64,000 nucleotides of DNA from NCBI GenBank assembly GCA_963719515.1, contig CAVRCJ010000010.1:704001-768000 (forward strand), written 5' to 3'. Shown piece after piece: positions 1-8,409 of the stretch. The stretch's first letter is position 1. Each line of letters starts with the position of its first letter. The notes beneath the pieces are model-generated. The model worked only from the letters and a program-made list of their open reading frames with translations, did no database searches and had not been told where the DNA came from. The DNA is from an uncultured cyanobacterium. Its GTDB lineage: Bacteria; Cyanobacteriota; Cyanobacteriia; CAKZMO01. The translations under genes and the position numbers were made by a program.

Positions 1-712
1 GGTGCAGCACGGTCTTCATGTAGCGCGGCAGCTGCTCCTACAGCTCGCAGAGCTAGGGCTTCCAGCGGGCAGCGAGGCGCTGGACCCCATTACCCCCCAG
101 TACATCAGCGATCTGATTTCCTGGTACGCCATTGGCGCCCGTACGATTGAGTCCCAAACCCACCGTGAGATGACCAGCGGCCTATCGGTGCCCGTCGGTC
201 TGAAAAACGGCACCGACGGCAACGTCAAAGTGGCGATCGATGCCCTGCAGGCTTCCCGCAACCCGCACCATTTCCTGGGCATCGACGCAGAGGGGCAAGT
301 GGGCGTCATCCGCACAAAGGGCAACCCTTACGGCCATGTGATTTTGCGGGGGGGCGGCGGCAAGCCCAACTGCGACGCAGAAACCGTGCGCTGGGTGGAG
401 TCAGCCCTTGCCGAGCGTGATCTACCTCAGCGCTTGGTCATCGACTGCAGCCACGGCAACTCTAACAAAGACCATCGCCGTCAGCCTGTAGTGGCCCAGC
501 AGGTGGTCGATCAGCTGCTGGCAGGCAACCGCTCCATCATCGGCATGATGCTAGAGTCGAATATCCATGAGGGCAATCAGCCTATTCCCAGCGATCGCGC
601 CGACCTCAAGTACGGGACTTCCATCACCGATAAGTGCATCAGCTGGGACGAGACAGAAAACCTGATTTTGGGCATCCATGAGCGGCTGAAAGTTCCAGTA
701 GCCTGTCATTAA
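1..712 (+). CDS. 3-deoxy-7-phosphoheptulonate (DAHP) synthase, class I-alpha; 5' end outside window
   Basis: Motifs AIGARTIESQTHRE, GLKNGTDG, DCSHGNS and YGTSITDKC typical of the AroF/G/H family. Confidence 0.95.
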   Translation, partial: VQHGLHVARQLLLQLAELGLPAGSEALDPITPQYISDLISWYAIGARTIESQTHREMTSGLSVPVGLKNGTDGNVKVAIDALQASRNPHHFLGIDAEGQVGVIRTKGNPYGHVILRGGGGKPNCDAETVRWVESALAERDLPQRLVIDCSHGNSNKDHRRQPVVAQQVVDQLLAGNRSIIGMMLESNIHEGNQPIPSDRADLKYGTSITDKCISWDETENLILGIHERLKVPVACH

Positions 713-718
713 GCATCA

Positions 719-1471
719 GTGATAGACTTCTGGACGCAAACCAGCGGTACCTGGATCAACGTCTTCACCGTCATTGCAGGGACAGCGGTTGGACTGTCCC
801 TGCGCGATCGCTTGCCCCAGCCGATGCAGCGGGTGATTACTCAAGGGCTGGGCCTCATCACTCTGCTGCTAGGGGCGGAAATGGGCCGTGGCCTGTTTGA
901 CCTGCAGGCCGGAGCTGTGGACGGCGTGATTGTAGGACTGCTCGCCCTAGTGGGCGGCGGACTCTTAGGAGAATGGTGGGGCCTTGAGGGCAGGCTAGAG
1001 GCCGTGGGAAACTGGCTCAAGCGTCGTTTTCAGGGGCAGGGGCGCTTTACTGATGGTTTCGTGGCCGCTAGCCTGCTGTTCTGCATTGGCCCTTTAGCCC
1101 TGATCGGCAGCCTCAACAATGGTCTCACCGGCGACAACGCTCTGCTGGTGATCAAAGCTGTGATGGATGGTTTAGCCTCAGTTGCTCTCACCAGCACCTT
1201 TGGCGTCGGGGTGGGGTTTTCAGCCCTGCCGATTTTGCTTTACCAGGGCGGCCTCTCCTTAGGTGCGGCCACCTTTGCCCAAATTCTTCCGGACCCTGCC
1301 ACCTCTCCGGCTATCTTGGCCTCTACGGGGGTAGGCGGGCTGATCATTATGGGGTTGGGGTTGACTCTGCTAGAAGCAACGCAGGTTCGAATTGCTTCCC
1401 TCTTACCGGCTTTGGCGCTGGCTCCCCTGCTGTATTTAGCCGGAGCAGCGCTGACGGTGGCGCCGGGGTAA
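719..1471 (+). CDS. DUF554 family membrane protein
   Basis: Hydrophobic ORF with GTWINVFTVIAG, GFVAASLLFCIGP and KAVMDG motifs. Confidence 0.85.
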   Translation: MIDFWTQTSGTWINVFTVIAGTAVGLSLRDRLPQPMQRVITQGLGLITLLLGAEMGRGLFDLQAGAVDGVIVGLLALVGGGLLGEWWGLEGRLEAVGNWLKRRFQGQGRFTDGFVAASLLFCIGPLALIGSLNNGLTGDNALLVIKAVMDGLASVALTSTFGVGVGFSALPILLYQGGLSLGAATFAQILPDPATSPAILASTGVGGLIIMGLGLTLLEATQVRIASLLPALALAPLLYLAGAALTVAPG

Positions 1472-2760
1472 AGAGATTGTCCCCACTGCGGTGGGGTACG
1501 CTGCACTCCAATCCTCTGTGACATCCTCCCGACGCTGATGCTACGCATACAGCGCGGGCTTCCTAAGTGACTCCCAGCTACCGCTGAGACATTTCCTGAG
1601 AGATTAAGGGCTTGATGTCCCACAGCCCTATTCAATAGGTTGATAGCCGCGTTGTGGTCGCGACAGATCGTTAAGCCGCATGACGGGCAACTATGGACCC
1701 GATCGGCCAGCGTCTTTGGTACCCGCTCACCACAACCCGAGCAATCAATGCTGGTTCCGCGTGGGTTCTCAGCGAGGGTCATCTTTCCAGCTTTCGCGGC
1801 TTTGAAAGAGCCTATCTCCAAGAATGTACCCCATGCGGCATCAGCGATTGACTTTGCCAGTCTGGTTCGAGCAAGTCCTTTGATGTTGAGCTTTTCATGA
1901 GCGACAACATCGTACTTTGAGAACAGCCAATCCCACACCTTAGAAAAGAAATCACGACGCTGACGCGATATCTTTAGGTGTAGTTTGGCGATACGATTCA
2001 CCTGCTTACGCCAGCGGTTAGAGCTCTTCTTCTGTCTCGATAGCTGCCGCTGCAGCTTGGATAGCTGCCGCTCTGAGCGTCGAAAGAACTGAGGGATAGG
2101 AACGCTCTCACCGTCACTGGTAACCAAGAAATCCTTCAGCCCAACATCAACACCGACAGACTTAGCCCTATCGACATCCGGAGTAAGCATCGGAACGGCA
2201 TTGTTTTCCAGTAACAGGCTCACATACCAACCATCTGCTTTGCGAGTCACCTTGGCGGTTTTGACAGTAAACCCATCAGGTATCGGGCGATGAAGGATTA
2301 GCTTCACCTGGCCAATCTTAGGCAGGGTAATACGACTTCCATCGATGCAGTCAGGTTTCATCTGCGGGAACGTGAACGTCCTGTAGCGCCCCGCGCCTTT
2401 GAACCGAGGCTTGCCGCTACGCTTACCGTTTTTATCACCTTTGATGAAACGCTCGAACGTCTGCTTTACCTGCTTCGTCACCTCCTGAAGCGCTTGTGAG
2501 TGCAAATCTTTGTACCAGGGCCGCTCTCGCTTGAGAGGTACTAGGCTAGCCTTCTGGCTGTAGTAATTAGGATTATCTTTGAGTGGCGCAAGGCTACAGG
2601 TGAGTGGGCAGGCGTTGACCGAACAGCGGTTCATCTCCCACCAGTTGAATCGCTCAGCCAGCAACCAGTTGTACTGTGCCCGAAGCATATCTAGCCATCG
2701 GGTCATAGTAACCGTTTGCTCAGCCGTTGGACGCAACTTGTACTGATAAGTGACTTTCAT
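1240..2760 (-). CDS. tnpB: RNA-guided endonuclease TnpB; the frame reads through the element's right end
   Basis: Start MKVTYQYKLRPT at 2760. RuvC motifs GVDVG, AHEKL, RDHNAAIN. Zn finger CSGC/CPSC. The ORF-track extension to 2964 is probably not translated. Confidence 0.9.
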   Translation of the reverse strand: MKVTYQYKLRPTAEQTVTMTRWLDMLRAQYNWLLAERFNWWEMNRCSVNACPLTCSLAPLKDNPNYYSQKASLVPLKRERPWYKDLHSQALQEVTKQVKQTFERFIKGDKNGKRSGKPRFKGAGRYRTFTFPQMKPDCIDGSRITLPKIGQVKLILHRPIPDGFTVKTAKVTRKADGWYVSLLLENNAVPMLTPDVDRAKSVGVDVGLKDFLVTSDGESVPIPQFFRRSERQLSKLQRQLSRQKKSSNRWRKQVNRIAKLHLKISRQRRDFFSKVWDWLFSKYDVVAHEKLNIKGLARTRLAKSIADAAWGTFLEIGSFKAAKAGKMTLAENPRGTSIDCSGCGERVPKTLADRVHSCPSCGLTICRDHNAAINLLNRAVGHQALNLSGNVSAVAGSHLGSPRCMRSISVGRMSQRIGVQRTPPQWGQSLYPGATVSAAPAKYSRGASAKAGKREAIRTCVASSRVNPNPIMISPPTPVEAKIAGEVAGSGRIWAKVAAPKERPPW

Positions 2761-3000
2761 GCAATAATGATAGCATATTGACATCAGAACGACATGCAGC
2801 AAATAACTATTAGAGCCGCTGACAGAGAAAAGCAGCATCTTGACAAGTATTGTGAGATGACCGAAAGAACTATCAACGATGTCCTTAGGGAGTACATCCG
2901 AAGTTTGGCCGTCTCCGGGGCATTGAGCCCCATCGACGACCGCGACTCTCATCCCGACGCTCACCCTGACGGGTAGAGCGCGGGGCTTCCCGTCTAGTAG
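1518..3000 (-). mobile_element. IS200/IS605-family (IS1341-like) element: tnpB plus divergent RHH gene, no tnpA
   Basis: Related subterminal hairpins CCCGACGCT...AGCGCGGG(G)CTTCC at about 1528-1563 and 2953-2990. Right-end TCAC at 1518-1521 (minus strand) with GAAG guide. Inferred left cleavage site TTAG at 3001-3004. Confidence 0.8.
2794..2976 (+). CDS. small ribbon-helix-helix (CopG-like) protein inside the TnpB element
   Basis: QITIRA strand followed by two helices (REKQHLDKYCE, TINDVLREYIRSL); divergent from tnpB with a 33-bp gap. Confidence 0.7.
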   Translation: MQQITIRAADREKQHLDKYCEMTERTINDVLREYIRSLAVSGALSPIDDRDSHPDAHPDG

Positions 3001-3217
3001 CTAAAAAATCTCACCCAAGGCCAACAAGCTAAACCCGACGGCCCAAGACCAGCTCCGGAAATCCCCACTCAGCCTATGGCGGTTTTCTCCCCCTCAGTAG
3101 AGGTGAACCTCCCAGATCCCCTAGATATTATAGGGGTATAAGCGCTTTAGCCCGATTAGCACCGATTTTAACTCAGTCGTGGGCTAGCCCGCCGAGGCGC
3201 ACGTACGAGGTAAAAGA

Positions 3218-4096
3218 ATGAATCAGTTCAAAACAGTCGGTTTACTAGGACTGCTGAGCGGTCTTTTGATTGCTATTAGCTACTGGACGATTGGTGGCAC
3301 AGGCGGCGTGCTAATCGGCGTGGCGATCGCCGCTGCGACTAACTTGGGCTCTTGGTACTACTCAGACCGCATTGCGCTGTCGGTCTACCGCGCCCAGCCC
3401 GTTGGCCCTACTGAAGCCCCGGACCTACACCGCATGGTGAAAAAGCTAAGCGATCGCGCTAGCTTACCCATGCCCGCCGTCTACGTAATTCCGACCGAGT
3501 CTCTCAACGCCTTTGCCACCGGACGCGACCCCGAGCACGCCGCTGTGGCCGTCACTAAGGGCATCATGGACATGCTGCCTGCCGACGAACTTGAAGGCGT
3601 GCTGGCCCATGAGATGACTCACATTCGCAACCGCGATACCCTAACCCAAGCCGTAGCGGCCACCTTGGGCGGGGCCGTATCGTTCCTGGCGCAGATGGTG
3701 AGCTACAGCATGTGGTTTGGTGGCATGTCAAGAGACGACAACCGGGGAGCTAATCCGCTCGGTCTACTGCTCACGGTAATGCTAGCGCCCATGGCCGCCA
3801 CCGTCATTCAGCTTGGCATCTCCCGCACCAGAGAGTACAGCGCCGATGCGGGTGCGGCTGAGCTAACGGGCAACCCCCGAGCGCTGGCAAGTGCCCTGCA
3901 GCGTTTAGACCAAAGCGCTCGCCGCATGCCCATCCAGGCCAACCCGGCATTTGAGCCCCTGTTGATTATGAACGCCCTTCCTAAGGCTGGGCTCAACAAC
4001 CTGTTCTCGACCCACCCCTCTACTGAAGATCGAGTCAATCGACTACTGCAGCTTGAGGAAGGCGTGAGCCAAAGCGTAAGCAATACGGCCCGCTAA
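3218..4096 (+). CDS. htpX: M48 zinc metalloprotease HtpX
   Basis: NAFATG, HEMTH zinc motif, SRTREYSAD and FSTHP. Confidence 0.92.
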   Translation: MNQFKTVGLLGLLSGLLIAISYWTIGGTGGVLIGVAIAAATNLGSWYYSDRIALSVYRAQPVGPTEAPDLHRMVKKLSDRASLPMPAVYVIPTESLNAFATGRDPEHAAVAVTKGIMDMLPADELEGVLAHEMTHIRNRDTLTQAVAATLGGAVSFLAQMVSYSMWFGGMSRDDNRGANPLGLLLTVMLAPMAATVIQLGISRTREYSADAGAAELTGNPRALASALQRLDQSARRMPIQANPAFEPLLIMNALPKAGLNNLFSTHPSTEDRVNRLLQLEEGVSQSVSNTAR

Positions 4097-4129
4097 TGAG
4101 CTTGGGCAGCTCGACTGGCAAGCCGCCCA

Positions 4130-4167
4130 CTTTCCTGTTGACTGTGCTTTCCTGTTGACTGTGCTTT
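4130..4167. repeat. 17-bp tandem duplication CTTTCCTGTTGACTGTG x2
   Basis: Read directly from sequence. Confidence 0.8.
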
Positions 4168-4239
4168 TATAGAGTGGCTTGCTTCAACAGTGCTAAAGCG
4201 GTGCTGACCGACGCCATTGATGATTAAGGAGACAATTTT

Positions 4240-4677
4240 ATGACACCGAACGACAACTTGAATGCAGGCATTCCTGAGGCGGGCGCTGCCCCAGAAGACG
4301 AGGCCATTGTAAAAGCAGGGGGGGCGAACGATCCTACAACACTGCCCGAAGTCCCAGCAACCCCGGAAGTGCTCAGTGCGGAGACCCAAAGGCTTGCCGA
4401 AGCCATTCGCACCCGAGCAATGTCTGAAGCCACGGCAGCAGGGGACTTGGCCCGCGATGCGTACCTCAGCGCAGTGCGGCAGGCGCGCCAAAACGTCGAG
4501 CACAACAAGTTGGTTGACCCCAACGAACTTGAGAAGGCGATCGCCCAGCTGCAGCTTGAGGCCGAGAAGAACTGGCAAACTCTGGTGGACGACGTTGCAA
4601 CGTTTGGCGATCGCCTCTCTGAGGCAGCAAAAGCGGCTTGGGAGACCTTCACGCAGGAGCGTCCCCCTAAGGCGTAG
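4240..4677 (+). CDS. hypothetical helical protein
   Basis: AAGGAG RBS upstream, plausible composition, followed by a terminator hairpin. Confidence 0.75.
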   Translation: MTPNDNLNAGIPEAGAAPEDEAIVKAGGANDPTTLPEVPATPEVLSAETQRLAEAIRTRAMSEATAAGDLARDAYLSAVRQARQNVEHNKLVDPNELEKAIAQLQLEAEKNWQTLVDDVATFGDRLSEAAKAAWETFTQERPPKA

Positions 4678-4713
4678 CGCTTTCGGTCAATTCAGCCTAA
4701 CCGTTGGTTGAGT

Positions 4714-4748
4714 AAAGCGATAGAGGTGAGCGCCCTCTATCGCTTTTT
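4714..4748. terminator. probable bidirectional intrinsic terminator
   Basis: AAAGCGATAGAGG / CCTCTATCGCTTT stem with T tract, between convergent genes. Confidence 0.7.
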
Positions 4749-4788
4749 CCAATGGCGCTTTCTACTAGCTACGAATAAGCCTATAGCC

Positions 4789-6270
4789 GAATGGCACTGA
4801 CGTAAGAGACAAAAAAAGGCTTCGAGCCCCATGATTAGGGACAATCAGGGGATCAAAGCCACAAAATACTGTCTCTACTATGCCGAATCGAGCCGAAATT
4901 CTCAAGCAGCAATACCAAAACAGTCTGGGCCTGCCGTTTGCCCAGGTGCTCAGCGAATCTCAAATTGCCCAGGTGCTAGAGGAACACCAAGTAACTTATC
5001 GACAAGTGCTTTACACGCCGATGGTGGTTGTGTGGGCGTGGATATCGCAAGTGATAGATGGTGACAGCAGCCTGAGCAACGCAGTCAAGCGGGTGACCAC
5101 CTGGATGGCGATGACAGGTGAGGCGGTGCCGTCATCGGATACTGGAGGGTATAGCAAAGCCCGCAAACGGCTGCCCTGGGCGATTCTCCCATCGTTACTC
5201 AAGCGCAGCGCGAGTGCCCTACACGCGCAAGTACCAGTTGAGCAGTACTGGTGTGGCAGACGGGTGAAAGCGTTTGATGGCACCGGAGTACAGATGAGCG
5301 ATACTGCTGCCAATCAGGCGGAATATCCGCAGGTGAGTACGCAAAAGCCCGGCTGTGGGTTTCCCATCGCCCGGGTGGTGGTGTGGTTTTGTCTGACCAG
5401 TGGAGCGGTACTCGAAGCGGCCATTGCTCCGTTTGGCACCAGCGAATGGCAACTGGCGCGGCAACTGTATGCCTGTTTGGCTCCAGAGGATGTGGTGGTA
5501 GCTGATTCCGCCTATGGCACCTATGCTGACTTAGCGCTTGTCCAGGCGGCTGGTGCTGATGGAGTGTTTCGCAAGCATCATGCTCGCCGCTGCGACTTTC
5601 GCCGAGGCAAGAAGCTGGGCATTGGCGACCACCGGGTCGTTTGGCAGCGCCCCGCCCGCTGTCCAGCCTCAATGAGCAGCGCAGCGTTTGAGTCGCTGCC
5701 GTTGTATCTGGAGGTGAGGGAAGTGCATCTACTGATTACTCAGCGCGGATTTCGGCCAACTGAGATCATTGTGGTGACCACCTTAAGCGATCCCAAACGC
5801 TATCCAAAGGCCAAGCTCATTGACCTCTATCACCAGCGCTGGCAGGCCACTGAGGTCAACCTCAAGCACCTCAAAACCACCCTAGGCATGGAGATGATTG
5901 CAGCCAAGACCCCACAGATGGTCAAAAAGGACCTATGGATGCACCTGCTCGCCTACAATCTGCTGCGCACCTTGATGTGGCAAGCCTCGGAGCGCTCAAC
6001 AGCAGCGGCATTGCGCTTGTCGCTGCAGGGCACAAGACAGCAGCTGAATCACGCCCGTCCTGCATTTATTGGCGCAACCCACCAGCAACGCTCCCAGCAG
6101 TATCAGATATTGCTGCGTCTGATTGCTCAGCTCATCGTTCCCTTTCGCCCCAATCGCCACGAACCGAGAGTGGTCAAACGCAGACCCAAGCCTTTTCCTC
6201 GCATGCAGCAACCGCGTTCTGTCCTCAAAGCTAAACTGGCAGCCTGATACAGCTTATGTCAGTGCCATTC
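4789..6270 (+). mobile_element. complete IS4-family insertion sequence (1482 bp)
   Basis: 18-bp TIRs GAATGGCACTGACGTAAG (4789-4806) and CTTATGTCAGTGCCATTC (6253-6270) with 1 mismatch. 10-bp TSD GCCTATAGCC at 4779-4788 and 6271-6280. Confidence 0.95.
4880..6247 (+). CDS. IS4-family DDE transposase
   Basis: AFDGT, VADSAY and the YREK-like signature YHQRWQATEVNLKHLK. Confidence 0.93.
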   Translation: MPNRAEILKQQYQNSLGLPFAQVLSESQIAQVLEEHQVTYRQVLYTPMVVVWAWISQVIDGDSSLSNAVKRVTTWMAMTGEAVPSSDTGGYSKARKRLPWAILPSLLKRSASALHAQVPVEQYWCGRRVKAFDGTGVQMSDTAANQAEYPQVSTQKPGCGFPIARVVVWFCLTSGAVLEAAIAPFGTSEWQLARQLYACLAPEDVVVADSAYGTYADLALVQAAGADGVFRKHHARRCDFRRGKKLGIGDHRVVWQRPARCPASMSSAAFESLPLYLEVREVHLLITQRGFRPTEIIVVTTLSDPKRYPKAKLIDLYHQRWQATEVNLKHLKTTLGMEMIAAKTPQMVKKDLWMHLLAYNLLRTLMWQASERSTAAALRLSLQGTRQQLNHARPAFIGATHQQRSQQYQILLRLIAQLIVPFRPNRHEPRVVKRRPKPFPRMQQPRSVLKAKLAA

Positions 6271-6319
6271 GCCTATAGCCCCCTATTGGAGCCACAAAAT
6301 TTCGGGTAAGCTATGGGCG

Positions 6320-8005
6320 CTAATTCAGTGGACTACCCGCCAACCGCGCTGCCGCCGACTCTAGTTCCGGAGTCATAGCTTCGCTGACCAAGTGCAGCGA
6401 AGAGCCCTGATCTTGACTCAAAAAGTCGGAATAGGACGCCTGCAGGTAGCGGCGATAGCTCTCATCCTGCGCAGCATGCACGCCAAAGAACGCCAGGCTG
6501 AACCCCCAGGAATAGGTGGCTATAATTCTGGGGTCTGCTAGGGTGAGGCCATTGATTGAATTGATGGTGTCCGTGATGCCGACATCAAGTTCCGAAAAAT
6601 CAATGTGGGCCTGACCTTCAATCAAGCCCAGGTACCGCTCCTCGGAGGCCAGCCAAGGGAAGGTGCGAAACTGCTCAAACACAGCAGGCGTTGCCGGGTC
6701 GTGGCTTCCCGAAAGGATGAGGGCCGGAATTTGAACTTGGCGTAGCCCCTCAGGGCCGTAGATGCTGCTGTTCACCGGGTTCATTGCCACCACAGACTGC
6801 ACCCGCTCGTCGCGAAACTCGTAGTCCTGTCGAGGTAGCTCTAGCGCCTGACACTGCAGCAGCAGCGAGGTATTTAGGTAGCTGAAGCGATCGCCGCAGT
6901 CAGCCGAGAGGAAGTCGAAGTCGATGGTTGCCCCAGCTACGGCGAGGGCCGTGTAGCCCCCAAAAGAATGTCCTCCCACGCCGACGTGAGCAAGATCGAG
7001 CCGCCCTTCAAATTCTGATTCATTGCGGCGCTCTAGCTCATCAATGACGTCACTCACATCCAAGGGACGATCAACAAACTCTCCGACTTCGAACACAGCA
7101 TTGGTCAAGCCTTTGATTAGCTGATTGCGGTAGAGGGCATCGCTACCGGGATGCTGCGGCATCGCCACCACATAGCCGTGGGAGGCCATATGCGCGGCCA
7201 ACGTTGAAAAGTGCCGGGGGCTTGACGACAGGCCGTGGGAGAACACAATCACAGGCGTTTTTCCTGGTTGCCATCGGTCAGGGCGAACCACGTCGACGTA
7301 AAATTTACGCTGATAGAGTTGGCCAGATACGGGATCTTGCCGCTCAGAAACTAGCTCCCAGCGCTGCGATCGCGTCCCGTAGGGCCCCGGCTGATCCAGC
7401 TGCGGTAGGGCGGCGTAGTCCACGGCGACGTCCCCGCGCGCCTCTTCATCAGAGAGAACTTCTATCGTTTCAATTGAAAACAGCGTCGCGTTAACAACCG
7501 CTTCGACGTTTCGAGCCAAACTCAAGACCGACTGCAGGTTAACGCGCATATCGGTAGGCAGATACCGCAAGAAGTTGAGCGTTGAGAGACCCTCCTCGTC
7601 CTGCGCCGCAAGCACCAGCGCTGCCCTCAGAGAAAACTTCCCGTTAAGCCCGGCCTCGGTGCGCAGCAGATCGCCGAGAAACTTGGTCAAAATATCTTCG
7701 CCAATGGGGGTGTAGAGGATGCGGGAGAGCAAGGCGGGCTCGATGGGGGCGGGCCGCTGAAGCGCCGCTCGAAAGGCCGCTCGCTGTTCTTCATTAACTC
7801 CAGCAATGGCAAAGTAGCTGCCAAGCTGCCCGTTGACGGTGCCATCTTCGGCAAACGCCTCCAAGCTGCTGACGTCAAGAGAGCGCTCAATAATGCTGTA
7901 GTGAAACAGAATTCGCTCTGCAGCCCTTGCAGGCCAGGCCATAGCCAAAAGCGCCAGCAGCAGGGCGGTGCCGAGATAGCGCCGTCGCCAAATAGAGAGA
8001 ATCAT
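6320..8005 (-). CDS. secreted alpha/beta hydrolase with N-terminal DUF1400-like domain
   Basis: Signal peptide ending ARA-AERI, SHGLSS, nucleophile GHSFGG. Start placed at ATG 8005. Confidence 0.85.
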   Translation of the reverse strand: MILSIWRRRYLGTALLLALLAMAWPARAAERILFHYSIIERSLDVSSLEAFAEDGTVNGQLGSYFAIAGVNEEQRAAFRAALQRPAPIEPALLSRILYTPIGEDILTKFLGDLLRTEAGLNGKFSLRAALVLAAQDEEGLSTLNFLRYLPTDMRVNLQSVLSLARNVEAVVNATLFSIETIEVLSDEEARGDVAVDYAALPQLDQPGPYGTRSQRWELVSERQDPVSGQLYQRKFYVDVVRPDRWQPGKTPVIVFSHGLSSSPRHFSTLAAHMASHGYVVAMPQHPGSDALYRNQLIKGLTNAVFEVGEFVDRPLDVSDVIDELERRNESEFEGRLDLAHVGVGGHSFGGYTALAVAGATIDFDFLSADCGDRFSYLNTSLLLQCQALELPRQDYEFRDERVQSVVAMNPVNSSIYGPEGLRQVQIPALILSGSHDPATPAVFEQFRTFPWLASEERYLGLIEGQAHIDFSELDVGITDTINSINGLTLADPRIIATYSWGFSLAFFGVHAAQDESYRRYLQASYSDFLSQDQGSSLHLVSEAMTPELESAAARLAGSPLN

Positions 8006-8409
8006 GTTGATGGGGCTCTGAGAGGGCAGAAGAGGGACGTTAGGCTCAATCGAGCGCGTGACGGACGGCGGAGCTTCTAGGGGCACGGGCGATCGCCATC
8101 AGATGAGACAGTCAGCGTGCCGCGAAACGTCCATGATTAGCGGTACACCGACCTGCGACCTTAACTGTAATACAGAGCTTGCGGGGATTGACGCCACGGC
8201 CACGGTATTGGGGGCGAGCGCGGCTTTGAAGGGGTGCGATGTTGCTCAAGGGCCACTCGGCTCAGGGGAGCGAGTTTACAATTCAGCGTCCTCTCACCCG
8301 CTACCTATCCTGAGAACCCCAAAAAAGCTTGCAAGTATGAGGAGCGGCCCCCTAACCATAACTTTCCCAGCGCCCCTACTGTCCTGAAGCTCCCTACCTG
8401 CAGCCTCCC

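Noticed and set aside
2761..2964. N-terminal extension of the 574-aa TnpB ORF
   Set aside because: Antisense to the RHH gene; TnpB homology starts at ATG 2760
3050..3120. Loosely repeated CGG...CCC motifs upstream of htpX
   Set aside because: Too degenerate to call a binding site without comparative data
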